From assembly GCF_009914755.1 (NCBI RefSeq), contig NC_060929.1: a stretch of 64,000 nucleotides of DNA. One strand, given 5' to 3'. Shown here piece after piece: positions 43,179 through 56,025 of this stretch. This DNA is from the human T2T-CHM13v2.0 reference genome, Homo sapiens. The notes beneath the pieces are model-generated. The model was not told the origin of the DNA. It worked only from the letters and a program-made list of their open reading frames with translations, and did not search any database. Position 1 is the first letter of the stretch. Each line of letters opens with the position of its first letter. The position numbers and the translations under genes were made by a program.

Positions 43179-43475
43179 TTTTTTTTTTTTTTAAAGATAG
43201 AGTTTTGCTCTTGTTGCCCAGGCTGGAGTGCACAGGTGTGATCTCGGCTCACTGCAACCTCTGCCTCCCGGGGTTCAAGTGATTCTTCTGCCTCAGCCTC
43301 CCGAATAGCAGGGATTACAGGAGCCCGCCACTGTGCCTGGCTCACTTGTATTTTTAGTAGAGAAGGGGTTTTGCCAAGTTGGCCAGGCTGGTCTTGAACT
43401 CCTGACCTCAAATGATCTGTCCGCCTCGGCCTCCCAAAGTGCCGGGATTACAGGTGTGAGCCACCATGCCCGGCC
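43179..43475 (-). mobile_element. AluS (Sp/Sq-like)
   Basis: agagttttgctcttgttgccc diagnostic; flanked by aagaaac on both sides. Confidence 0.95.
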
Positions 43476-43483
43476 AAGAAACA

Positions 43484-43807
43484 TTTTTTTAAATTAAATT
43501 TATTGGGCTATTGTTTACAACCAATAAAATATCCCATTCTAAGAATATAGATTGGTGCATTTTGACAAGTGTAGACACCCCTGTAACCATGACTGTAATC
43601 AAGATATATATTTCCATCATCACAGAAAATTCCTTTGTGTCATCCACAGCTCCAGGTAACTGCCAATGTACTTTCTGTCACAATATATTAGTTTTCCTTT
43701 TCTATGATTGTATATAAATGTAATCATAATGTAAATGCTCTTGTGTTCTGGCTTCTAATCAGCACATTGTTGAGATTCATCCATGTTTTGTGTGAATGAG
43801 TATTCTG
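43484..43807 (-). mobile_element. Old L1M 3' end
   Basis: tttgacaagtgtagacacccctgtaaccat...ccatcatcacagaaaattcc...tgagattcatccatg. Confidence 0.7.
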
Positions 43808-45605
43808 TTTTTTTTCTTTAACTTTTATTTGAAGTTTCAGCATACATGTGCAGGATGTGCAGGTTTGCTACGTAGCTAAACATGTGCCATGGTGGTTTGC
43901 TGCACAGATCAACCCATCACCCATGAATTAAGACCAGCATCTATTAGCTATTCTTCCTGATGCTCTCCCTATCCCTACCTGTGAGAGGTCCCACTGTGTG
44001 TTGTTGCCCACCATGTGTCCATGCGTTCTCATCGTTCAGCTCCCACTTCTAAGTGAGAACATGCAGTGTTTGATTTTCTGTTCTTGTGTTTGTTGAGGGT
44101 AATAGTTTCCAGTTCCATTCGTGTCCCTGCAAAGAACATAATCTTGTTCCTTTTTATGGTTGCATAGTATTCCATGGTGTAGATGTACCACATTTTCTTT
44201 ATCTAGTCTATCACCGATGGGCATTTGGGTTGATTTTATGTCTTTGCTATTGTGAATACTTCCGCAATGAACATATGGGTGCAAGTATCTTTATAATAGA
44301 ATAATTTATATTTCTTTGGGTATATACTCAGTAACAGAATTGTTAGGTCAAATGGTATTTCTGCCTCTAGATCTTTGAGGAATTGCTACACTGTCTTCCT
44401 CAGTGGTTGAACTAATGTATGTCCTGACCAACAGTATAAAAGTGTTCTTTTCTATCCACAACCTTGCCAGCATCTGTTCTTTCTGGACTTTTTAGTAATC
44501 ACCATTCTGACAGGTATGAGATGGTATCTCATTGTGGTTTTCATTTGCATTTCTCTAATGATCAGTGATGTTGAGCTCTTCTTCATATATTTGTTTTCCA
44601 CATGAATGTCTTCTTTTGAGAAGTGTCTGTTCATGTTCTTTGCCTACTTTTTAATGTTTTTTCTTTTCTTGTAAATTTAAGTTCCTTGTAGACTCTGCAT
44701 ATTAGACCTTTGTCAGATAGATACATTGCAAAAATTTTCTTCCATTCTGTAGGTTGTCTTTTCAAACCGATGATAGTTTGTTTTGCTGTGCAGAAGCTCT
44801 TTAGTTTAATTAGATCCCATTTGTCAATTTTCGTTTTTGTTACAATTGCTTTTGGCATCTTTGTCATGAAATCTTTTCCAGTGCCTATGTCCTGAATAGC
44901 ATTACCTAGATTTTCTTCTAGGGTTTTTATAGTTTTGGGTTTTACATTTAAGTCTTTAATTTATCTTGAGTGAATTTTTGTATGTAAGGTGTAAGGGAGG
45001 GGTCCAGTTTCAATTTTCTGTGTATGGCTAGCCAGTTCTCCCAGCACCATTTATTAAATATGGAATCCTGTCTCCATTGTTTGTTTATGGCAGGTTTCTT
45101 GAAGATCAGATGCTTGTAGGTATGTGGTCTTATTTCTGAGTTCTCCATTCTGTTCCATTAATCTATGCATCTGTTTTTGTACCAGTACCATACTGTTTTG
45201 GTTACTGTAGCCTTGTAGTATAGCTTAAAGTCAGGTAGCATGATGCCTCCAGCTTTGTTCTTTTTGTTTAGGATTGTCTTGGCTATTCAGGCTCTTTTTT
45301 TGGTTTCATATAAATTTTAAAATGGTTTCTTCTAATTCTGTGAAAAATGTCAATATTAGTTTAATGGGAATAGCATTGAAGCTATAAATTGCTTTGGGCA
45401 GTATGGCCATTTTCATGATATTGATTCTTCTGATGCGTGAACATGGAATGTTTTTCGATTTGTTTGTGTCCTCTCTGATTTCCTTGAGCAGTGGTCTGTA
45501 GTTCTCCTTGAAGAGGTTCTTCACTTCCCTTGTTAGCTGTGTTCCTAGGTATTTTATTCTCTTTGTGGCAATTGTGAATTGGAGTTCATTTATGATTTGG
45601 CTCTT
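43808..45605 (-). mobile_element. L1PA10/11-like 3' ~1.8 kb
   Basis: gtttgctgcacagatcaacccatcacc 3' UTR; minus-strand ORF2p fragments [10 protein letters not shown]..., [26 protein letters not shown]. Confidence 0.92.
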
Positions 45606-45609
45606 GGCC

Positions 45610-47950
45610 AAAAGTGATGAAAGCAAGAAATTTGCTTTGCTTCCATTCTTAGAGAAAAAGTTTTCAGTTTTTTATCATTAAACATTATGTTAGCTGTGGG
45701 ATTTTTAGAGATACTTTTTATTAAGTTGAGAACATTTCCTTTAATCAATATTTTGATATAATTTTTTTAATCAAAAGAGGTTTCAAATTTTTTGAAATGT
45801 TTGTTCTATATCTACTGAGATGATTATATAAAATTCCCATGTTCTTATGTTAATAGCGTGAATTACACATCAACTTTGCATTCCTGGGATAAACAAATTT
45901 CACTTTTTCAGGTTTCATTTTCTTGATGTTGTTGAATGTGGCTTCTAAATATTGTATTAAGAATATTGCTTCTCAATAATAAAAATATTATTAATTTTCT
46001 TATTAGTAATATTCTTCTTAATAGTAAGAATATTACTTCTTAATACCATGTTTTTGGTAGTCAGAAAAATGGCTCCCCCAAATATGTCCACATCCTAATC
46101 CACTTTATCTGTGACTTTGCTACATCACATGGAAAAAGGAACTTCAAAGATGTGTTTCAAGTTAAAAACCATTAGCTGGGGATTATTCTGCATTATCAGA
46201 GTGAGGCCAATCTAATGACAAGAGTCTTTAAAAGCAGATAAGCTTTCCTAGTGGTGGTCAGGGAGATGTGTCAACAGAAGCAAGGTCAGAGGAACGTGGT
46301 GTTGCTGGCTTTAAAGATGGAGGAAAACAGCTATAAACCAATACATGTGAGTGGCCTCTAGAGACAGGAAAAGGCAAGGAAACGGATACTGTACCAGAGC
46401 ACCAAGAAAGGAATGCAGCCTTGCCAATCCTTGATTTTATTCCAGTGTGTCAGATTTCTGACCTACAGACCTATACGATAATAAATCTGTGTTAAGCTAC
46501 TACGTTTGTGGAAGTTTGTTCCAGTAACAGCCACAACAAAAAACTAATACAATGTCCATGAAAGATATTTGTTGGTAGGTTTCTTGTAGTTTTCTTCTCA
46601 TTTATTATCAAGGTAATACTGGCCGTATAAAATGAGCTAAAAAGTGTTCTGTCCTGTTAAATTTTATAAAAAGATTTGTATTATTTTGTGTTACTTCTTC
46701 CAGAAATGTTCAACAGATTTCACCAATGAAGCTATCTTAACCTGTACCTTTCTTTGTGAGCAGGTTCTAAATTAAAGTTTGAATCATTTAATGATTATAG
46801 AGCATTTCACAGTTTCTAAATTCTCCTGTCTGTTTTTACATTTCATATATTTGTTTATTTTAGTTAAAACTTTGAATTAATTAAAATAATATTCCCTTAG
46901 GATTTTTTTAATGTCTGTAGGATCTATAGTAGTACTCCCTCATTTATTCTTAAAACTGTTAATTTGCTTCCTCTCATTTTTACTTGACCATTACAGCTAG
47001 AAATTAATCAATTCATCTACATTTTCAAATTAGCAGCTTTTAGATTTTTTATTTATTTTCCTGTTTGCCAGATTTTTATGTTACCAGTTTCTGCACAGAT
47101 TTTTATTATATTCTTTCTTCTATATACTTTGGATTTAACTTGCTTGCTTGTTTCTTAAAATAAAACTTAGACCATTGATTTAGCCCTTTTCTAATGTAAG
47201 TATTTACAGCTATGTATTTTTCTTTACTCACTCTTTTATCTCCAATTTCAAAATTCTGATAATTTAATTTTATTTTCCTTCAGTTAAAATGATTTGGGTT
47301 TTCTTCTTTGACTCATGGAGTATTTAGAAGTGTGATGATTAATTTCCAAATACTTGCCAGTTTTCCAGACATTGCTTTTTCCCTCATATTGTTGTGTTTT
47401 ATTTCAATTTAGTTTTATTATAGTCAAAGAACATACTCTGTAAAGTGTCAATACTTTAAAATTCATTGGGAATTGTATTATGACCCAGAAAATGGTATAA
47501 CTGTGACATTTTCATATGCATTTGAACAGACTGTATTAGGCAGTAAAGGAATGTGGTATTTAAAAATATGAATTACATCAAGTGTGTCAGTAGTGTTCAA
47601 ATGTTCTGCATACTTGCTGATTTTATGTTTACTTGAAATTACTGGAAGAAGAATGTTGAAATCTCTAAATGTAATTGGAAAGTCTCTACTTTTCTTTGAA
47701 GTTTGTCTGTTTTGCTTCACTACTTGAGCAGCTCTGTTATTAAATGAATACATACTTGGGATTATTATGTCTCTTTGATGAATTGAACTTTTTTTGTATT
47801 GTGGCTGTCCCTTTTTTCTTTTGGTAATGTTTCTTCTTATGAGGTTTACTTTCTCAAATATTACTATAGACATTTCAACTTTCTTATAATTGATGATTGA
47901 ATGATATAAGTTTTTCCATTCTTTGGCATTTAAACTCTTGGCCACTTTAT
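45610..47950 (-). mobile_element. Old L1M ORF2 region (endonuclease side), interrupted by MLT1D
   Basis: Decayed ORF 47478-48050 retains EN-like SIHQRDII...YSFNNRA...DFNILL; ttgcattcctgggataaac etc. Confidence 0.75.
46053..46551 (+). mobile_element. MLT1D LTR
   Basis: tggtagtcagaaaaatggctcccccaaatatgtccacatcctaatcc...ggaaaaggcaaggaaacgga...aaactaataca. Confidence 0.9.
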
Positions 47951-48108
47951 AAATAAGTGGAAAGAGAAATTGATTAATGGGTACAAATAATAGATTTTCA
48001 TAGAAGAAATAAGATCTAGTGTTCAATAGAGCAGTAGGGTGACTATACAATAATCAATTGTATTTCAAAATAGCTAGAGGAGAATAATTAGAATGTTTCC
48101 AGCATAAA

Positions 48109-48830
48109 TCATTAAAAAGTCAGGAAACAACAGGTGCTGGAGAGGATGTGGAGAAATAGGAACACTTTTACACTGTTGGTGGGACTGTCAACTAGTTCAA
48201 CCATTGTGGAAGTCAGTGTGGCAATTCCTCAGGGATCTAGAACTAGAAATACCATTTGACCCAGCCATCCCATTACTGGGTATATACCCAAAGGACTATA
48301 AATCATGCTGCTATAAAGACACATGCACACGTATGTTTATTGCGGCATTATTCACAATAGCAAAGACTTGGAACCAACCCAAATGTCCAACAATGATAGA
48401 CTGGATTAAGAAAATGTGGCACATATACACCATGGAATACTATGCAGCCATAAAAAATGATGAGTTCATGTCCTTTGTAGGGACATGGATGAAACTGGAA
48501 ATCATCATTCTCAGTAAACTATCGCAAGAACAAAAAACCAAACACCGCATATTCTCACGCATAGGTGGGAATTGAACAATGAGATCACATGGACACAGGA
48601 AGGGGAATATCACACTCTGGGGACTGTGGTGGGGTCGGGGGAGGGGGGAGGGATAGCATTGGGAGATATACCTAATGCTAGATGACGAGTTAGTGGGTGC
48701 AGCGCACCAGCATGGCACATGTATACATATGTAACTAACCTGCACAATGTGCACATGTACCCTAAAACTTAAAGTATAATAAAAAAAAAAAAATTAAAAA
48801 AAAAAAAAAGAAAAAAGAAAAAAAAAAAAA
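48109..48830 (+). mobile_element. Young 5'-truncated L1 (L1PA2 / non-Ta L1HS-like), ~670 bp plus long poly(A)
   Basis: Near-consensus L1HS 3' end with GAG (not ACA) in gatgacGAGttag and A in cttaAagtataat; TSD aatgtttccagcataaa at 48092-48108 and 48830-48846. Confidence 0.96.
48204..48575 (+). pseudogene. Intact-frame C-terminal fragment of L1 ORF2p (not an independent gene)
   Basis: WKSVWQFLRDLELEIPFDPAIPLLGIYP...KHRIFSRIGGN* matches the ORF2p C-terminus. Confidence 0.9.
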
Positions 48831-50193
48831 ATGTTTCCAGCATAAAGAAAAGAAAATATTTAAGGTGGTGGGTATCCCAATTACATTGACTTAATTTTTA
48901 CAAATTATGTAAATGTATTAAATTGTCATGTGCATCCTGAAAATATGTACATTTATTGTGTATCAATAAAAAAATTTAAAAGTGATATACAGATAGCATG
49001 TATTTGCTTACAGACAATATATAGTTGGTAACTGTTTATTTGGATCTTTTCTCTTTTCTTCTTTATTAGTCTAGCTAGTGACCTATCTTATTAATCTTTT
49101 CAAAAAACCAATTCCTGAATTCACTGATCTTTTCAATGTTTTTTCATGTCATGATTTCTTTCAGTTCAGCTCTGATTTTGGTTATTTCTTGTCTTCTGCT
49201 AGCTTTGAGGTTGATTTGTTCTTGCTTCTCTAAGTCTTTCAGTTGTAATGTTAGGTTGTTAATTTGAGATTGTTCTAAATTTTCAATAGGGTGTTTAGTG
49301 CTATGAATTTCTCTCTTAATACTGCCTTAGCTGTGTCCAGAGATTCTGGTTTGTTGTATCTTTGTTCTCATTAGTTTCAAAGAACTTCTTGATTTCTGCC
49401 TTAATTTCATTATTTACCCAAAAGCCATTCAGGAGAATGTTGTTTAATTTTCATGTATTTGAATTGATTTGAACAATTTTCTTAGTCTTGACTTCTATTT
49501 ATATTGCACTTTGGTCTGAAAGTATGTTTGGTGTGATTTCCATTCTTTTGCCTTTACTGAGGATTGTTTTATATCCAATCACATGGTCAACTTTAGAGTA
49601 TGTGCCATATGGCAATGAGAAGAAGGTATATTCTGTTTTTGAATAAGAGAGTTCTGTAGATGTCTATTGTATCCATTAGGTGCAATGTTGAGTTCAGGTC
49701 CTGAATATCTTTGTTAATTTTCTGCCTCATTGATCTGTCCAATACTGTAAGTGGAGTGTTGAAGTCTCTTACTGTTATTGAGTGGGAGTCTATATCTCTT
49801 TGTAGGTCTCTAAGAACTTGGTTAAGGATCTAGGTGCTTCAGTGTTAGGTGCATATACATTTAGGACAGTTAGGTCTTCTTGTTGAATTGAACCCTTTAC
49901 CATTATGTAATGCCCTTCTTTGTCTTTTTTGATCTTTGTTGGTTTAAAGTCTGTTTCATCTAATATGAGCATTGCAACCCTGCTTTTTTCTGTTTTTAAT
50001 TGGCTTGGTAGATTTTCCCCCACCCCCTTATTTTGAGCCTATGTGTGTCATTTCATGTGCGATGAGTCTCTTGGAGACAGGATACCATTAGGTCCTAGTT
50101 TTTTGTATACCTTGCCACTCTGTGTGTTTTAAGTGGGGGCATTTAGCCTGTTTACATTCAAGGTTTTTATTGATATATGTGGATTTGATAGAA

Positions 50194-50661
50194 TATCTCC
50201 CCAGAAAATGTGTTTTTATTCTCTATCGCATTGTCAGTCTGCAAATTTTTCAAACTTTTATGCTCTGCTTTCTTTTGAACACTTTACTGCTTAGTAATTT
50301 CTTCTGCCAGATACCCTAAATCATCTCTCTGAAGTTCAAAGTTTCACAGATCTCTAGGGTGGAGGTAAAATGCTGCCAGTTTTTCTTTTTGCATAGCAAG
50401 AATCACCTTTACTCCAATTCCCAAGAAGTTCCTCATTTCCATCAGAGACCACCTCAGCCTGGACTTCATTATCCATATCGCTATCAGCATTTTGATCAGA
50501 GCCATTCAACAAGTCTCTAGGAAGTTCCAAACTTTCTCACATATTCCTGTCTTCTTTAGCCCTCCAAACTGTTCCAACCTCTGCCTGTTACCCAGTTCCA
50601 AAGTTGCTTCCATATTTTCAGGAATCTTTATAGTAGCACCCAACTCCTGCTACCAATTTAC
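50194..50661 (-). mobile_element. THE1 internal sequence, 5' portion only
   Basis: ccccagaaaatg...ttctgccagataccctaaatcatctctc...gccattcaacaagtctctaggaagttccaaac...taccaatttac. Confidence 0.9.
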
Positions 50662-51039
50662 TGTATTAATGGATTCTCACACTGCTAGGAATAAATACCT
50701 GAGACTGGGTAATTTATAAAGAAAAGAGATTTAATTAACTCACAATTCTGCATTGCTGGGGAGGCCTCAGGAAACTTACAATCATGGCAGAAGGTGAAGG
50801 AGAAGCAGGCGCCTTCTTCACAGGGTGGCAGGATGGAGTGAGTACAAGCAGAGGAAATGCCAGACACTTATCAAACCACTAGATCTTGTAAGACTCACCC
50901 ATTATCATGAAATCAGCATAAGAGAAACTGCCCCCATGATCCAATTATCTCCACCTGGTCCTGCCCTTGACACATAGGGATTATGGGGATTACAATTCAA
51001 GGTGAGACTTGGGTGGGTACATAGAGCCAAACCATATCA
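50662..51039 (-). mobile_element. THE1D LTR (5' LTR of a truncated provirus)
   Basis: tgtatta...ctggggaggcctcaggaaacttacaatcatggcagaagg...agagccaaaccatatca. Confidence 0.92.
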
Positions 51040-51685
51040 ATTTGCTTATCTTAAAAGTATCTCATTTCTCCTTTGCTTAGAAAACTTAGTTTGGCTGGAT
51101 ATGAAATTTTTGGTTGAAAAATTTTTTCTTTGAGTGTTGAATATAGGCCCCCAATCTCTTCTTGTTTGTAGGGTTTCAGCTAAGAGGTCCACTGTTAGTC
51201 TGATGATATTCTCTTTGTAGGTAACCCACCCTTTTTCTCTAGCTGCCTTTAACATTCTTTCTTTCATTTCAACCTTGGAAAATCTGATGATTATGTTCTT
51301 GGGGTTTATCTTCTTGCACAGAATTTTCCAAGAATTCCATTTGTTTCCTGAATTTGACTGTTGGTCTCTCTAAAAAGGTTGAGGAAGTTTTCATGGATGA
51401 GATCCTGAAATATGTTTTCCAAGTTGTTTGCTTTCTCCTCCTCCCTTTCAGGGATGCCAATAATTCGTAGATTTGATCTCGTCACATAATCCCATACTTC
51501 TTGGAGGTTTTGTTCATTTCTTTTTATTCTTTTTTCTTTATTTTTGTCTGTCTTATTTCAGAGAATTAGTCTTTTAAGTTCTGAGATTCTTTCCTCAGCT
51601 TGGCTTATTCTTCTCTTAATACGGCTAATTGCATTCTGAAATTCTTGTATGGTGTTACTCAGCTCTGACAGACCCATTCAGTATT

Positions 51686-51870
51686 CATATATATATATAT
51701 ATGTATGTATATATATATATGTATGTATATATATAAATATATTTATATATTCAATTTCATATATTATATATAATATATACAAAAATATATAAATATATAA
51801 AATACATATATTTCATATGTCATATAGATATATGTGTGTATATATATATATACACACACACATATACACA
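51686..51870. repeat. (TA)n/(TATG)n/(CA)n low-complexity expansion inside L1 ORF1
   Basis: Direct reading of sequence. Confidence 0.9.
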
Positions 51871-53080
51871 CCAGCTATTTTATCCTTCAGTTCTTGTATT
51901 GTATTATTGTGATTCTTATTTTCCTTGGATTGGGTTTTGCCATCCTCCTGAATCTTGATGATTTTGTTTCTATCCATAGTCTCAATTCTATTTCTGTCAT
52001 TCCAGCCAGTACAGTCTGGTTACAAACTCTTGTTGGAGGACTGGTGTGGTCTTTTGGAGGACATACAGCATTCTGGCCATTTGAGTTACTGGAGTTCTTG
52101 CATTGGATCTTACTCATCTCTGTTTGTAGGTGTTCCTTTAACTGCAGTGTAGATGGAGTACAGTCAATAGACTTCTTTTTTTGATATGTTCACTAGGCTG
52201 AGGCTTTATGCACGGTTTTTATTTGAAGCTGACTTCTTGTCTCTGGTATCAGAGGTGGGTATATTAGTGAAGCATTTTGGTGTTGAAGGTTTAGGGTGTG
52301 ATTCAGTAGGTGGTACTTAGGATTATTGGTCAGTTGGTAGACTGTTGCTCAGTTGTGTAGCTCCCTTGTCTTCCCTCACAGTGGCTGTTGTGTTCCCTCT
52401 CAATGCTCTGAAAGTGTGAATTCCTCTCCCACTAGAGTGCTGGCATAAATTGTGACTTGGCAATCCTGGGCTGTCCACTGCAGCTCTCAGGCAATCTCAG
52501 GGTTTATATTCCTTCCCCATCTTAGAGGCAGCAGAGGAAGGGACCTTAGTAAGTGCTTGTGGCCAAGTGTGTTTTGCTTGTCTCCTGGGGGCTCCACCCC
52601 AGAGAGATGTAGATCAGTAATTGCTCAGTGCAGTCAGCCCAGGATGGAAAGTCTGAGCTGTGGGCCCAAGCCAGGGGTTCCCTATATGGTGACAGGCAGT
52701 GGGAGTTGTGTGAGACCCATAAAAAATGGAGTGACCTCCTTTCCTTGGGTCTACTGAAGCTTGTTGGAGGTGTAGATAATGCATTTAGGGTCTTTGCTCC
52801 TTCATTAGTCTGAGAGTAGTAAGGGTAGATCCACTGGATAGGCAGTGGCAGAGAGGCTTTCAGTTGCCTCTGGAGGCTCTGTCCAGGGAGTTGCTGAGTT
52901 GGTGCTGGCTTGATAGCTCTGGTGAGGGGCTGGCTGGAGGCCCAGGTCTGAAGGACCTGCCTGGTGAGAAGATAATGGACACCCCCGTAGCCGTCTGGCC
53001 AGTTTTCTGTCGGGCTGCTGTGATATGTTGGGGTCCCAGTCCAGTCACTAGTCACCTCAGGTTTTCCAGTACCTAGAGGT

Positions 53081-54020
53081 CAAATTTTGATTTGTTCTAT
53101 TTTTATCTTCTATTCCTCCTCATTAACATCAGGTTTTCCTTTAAATATTTCAGGAAATTTATAAAAGCTCTTTCAAAGTTATTGTCTACTAATTTCATCT
53201 TCCCTTCCATTTCTGAATGTTTCTATTTATTGATTTTTCTTATGTTTATGTGTCACATCTTTCTACTTCTTGTAATATATAGCACTTTTTATGGGAAGCA
53301 GGGCATTATAATAGTATGTTGTTGAATACTTGGATTTTGTATTTTCTTTTAAAGAGTGTTGGATTTTGTTTTGGTGGACAATTAAGTTATTGTGGGTAAG
53401 TTTGATCCTTTTGTAACTTACGTATAAACTTTATTAGAGTGGACCTAAATTAGCCTTTACCCTTAAACAAGCTTTAATATAGGGGCTGGTATATGTCTAT
53501 AATTATGCTGTACACAATGGTTAGGATGTTCAACAAAGTGTCTCTATTCTTCCTAGTTGAAACTCAAACATTTCCCAGACCAATGTGAGTCCTGGAAATT
53601 ATTCAGCTTTCTAACTCTTTGCCTCATAAAGTTTCACCCTATGCGTATGTATCTTAGTATTCAGCAACATATTTAAAGGAATGCCTATGTGTATTTTTGG
53701 AACTCCTTTTCTTAGTAGCATCCTTTTTCTGTGCTCTCTCTTGAAAACTCCAGGTATCTCAGCCTTTCTAAACTCCATCTGTCTTTTCAAACCAGTGAGG
53801 CGATGGTGTTCTGCTTGGCTTTCTTCCCCCTACTCCATGGTCTAGAAAATGTACCGGGTAGAAATCTAAAGTGACCAAGGTCTCATTTTTTCTCTCCTCT
53901 CTCAGATATTACAGTATTCTACTGTCTAATGCCCAATGTCTAAACTCAACTTTTAAATATTTTTTTTCAGTTTTTTAGCATTTTTTTAAATGGTGGGAGG
54001 GTAAGTTATTATTTCATGTC
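53081..54020 (-). mobile_element. Old L1M fragment
   Basis: ttttaaagagtgttggattttgtttt...tttgatccttt...caatgtgagtcctggaaattattcagc; degenerate. Confidence 0.5.
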
Positions 54021-54574
54021 CAAGGACCAGCACCCATTTTTAAAAAAACAGATTGTTTCTAAGCTCTGTTTGAAGTTTTATGGTCAAAAATGATTGATGT
54101 TTTCTTGAAAAACTTAAATTATGTCATGTTCTGTTTTTATATATTAAGCTGGAATTTTGCTTCCTATAACTTTTTCACAGATTACAGTTACATCTTAAAT
54201 CTGTAGGCTTCAGCTACATCGCATAGGTCTGTTTCTTTCTTTCTTTTTTTTTTTTCACATGACAGCTGTTTGAAATTTGAAGACAGAAAGTGCTTTTTTT
54301 TTTTTTTCCCGAGAAATGGTTTTCTGAATCTTTCATAATCTTTGATACTTTTTGGATATTGTCAGATTCAAAATATTTTTTCTAAAATATATTTCCTATA
54401 AATAATAAAAGCATTCCAGATGTGGTCTGATGAAATCATGCATATGGAATTGATCTTGTGTTATCAAATGATTAATAACTTTTATTTAAATATTGTTACT
54501 AGCACACTACCATAGAATCTATATAACTTCAACAAAATGCCACTTTTAACCTCTTTTTTTATTACAAAATATAG

Positions 54575-54961
<387 letters not shown>

Positions 54962-54974
54962 TCTACTGGGAAAT

Positions 54975-55570
54975 CTTTATGGCCTTCCTGTCACTTTCAG
55001 CAGAGCCCAAAGTCTTAATGGTGCAAACACAGCCTTGTCTACTTTTCTTCATTCATTACTCATCTTTGGCTCTATGATTTTTTGCTTCAGTAATCTGTTT
55101 TGTATTTCATAAATAGATTTCTTTCAGGGTGTTTTTTCCATGCTATTTTCTTGCCTAGAATGTCCTTTCCAACATGATTTCTTACCTAAAATTACATATC
55201 CTTTAAGAATCTTTACAGATACTGATTCATCCAGGAAGACTTTCTTCTTTTTAAAGCACTAAGGATGAGTTAGCTGCTCCTTCTCTTGCACCCATAATTT
55301 TTTTAATAACTCTGTCACTGCATTTAGTACATTTTACCATAATATCTAATGTACTTGTCTATCGGGAATACTGAGGATCTTGACTAGTATTATTTATCAT
55401 TTTATCACTAGTGTTTAGTAAAACACCTGGGACATAGCATAAGTGAAATAAATGGCTATTAAGAAGAAAATGAGTTTTACAAATTGGAAAGTTGATTTCT
55501 GAGAAACTAATTGACTTGTCTAAGGACACAGAGCTAAATCATCATAATCAAGTCATAGAACTGAAATTCT
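54975..55570. mobile_element. L2 (+) followed by MIR (-) fragments
   Basis: tttccatgctattttcttgcctagaatgtcctt...catccaggaagacttt...; tgacttgtctaaggacacagagcta. Confidence 0.6.
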
Positions 55571-55669
55571 ACATGTTTTTGAAATCATAGTTTAATTTTC
55601 AAAATTTTAGTTTTTGCATCTTAAATAGAGAAAACTCATGCCAGGCAACATAGTTTCCTAGAAAGTAGT

Positions 55670-56025
55670 GTTAGGCAAATATTTATGTTTTAAGACTTTC
55701 CTGGGGAGTGTAGTCTTTGAGATGTGAGAGAGAGGGAAAAGAGAGTGAGGCAGGAAGTAAAGAAAACGAATATGATGGGGTGTGTTACTGAGTTAGCTAT
55801 CACTTGACATCAAGTATAATGACTGTTTAATTTGGTAAGACTATTGCTGGGGAGACTGCATGATCTGCTGGTCTTATGACAGTCCTTCTAGAGAGAGGAA
55901 GGGAGACAATTTATGTGCCAGATTTGTCTCTTACTGATCTGAGATTGGTTCCACAAAGATTGTCTCTCTAAGCTTATAGATTGAATATGCATGACTGTCA
56001 ACTGGGTTCCAGGACATCTTTAAAT
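55670..56025 (-). mobile_element. LTR33-like ERVL LTR
   Basis: gagtgaggcaggaag...ggggtgtgttactgagttagc...gaagggagacaatttatgtgcc...gcatgactgtcaactgggttcc. Confidence 0.6.

Larger units (their letters stand above)
47955..48975 (+). mobile_element. L1MA4/5-like 3' end, split by the young L1
   Basis: ttaatgggtacaaa...aataagatctagtgttc...tatttcaaaatagctaga|...atcaataaaaaa. Confidence 0.8.
49040..53080 (-). mobile_element. L1PA13-16/L1PB-like 5' part (5' UTR, ORF1, start of ORF2), interrupted by THE1D and an AT expansion
   Basis: Minus ORFs DFKPTKIKKDKEGHYIMVKGSIQQEDLT..YAPN (EN) and MKERMLKAAREKG..TYK...RLTVDL...RRDWGPIFN (ORF1p); GC-richer 5' UTR at 52350-53080. Confidence 0.88.
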
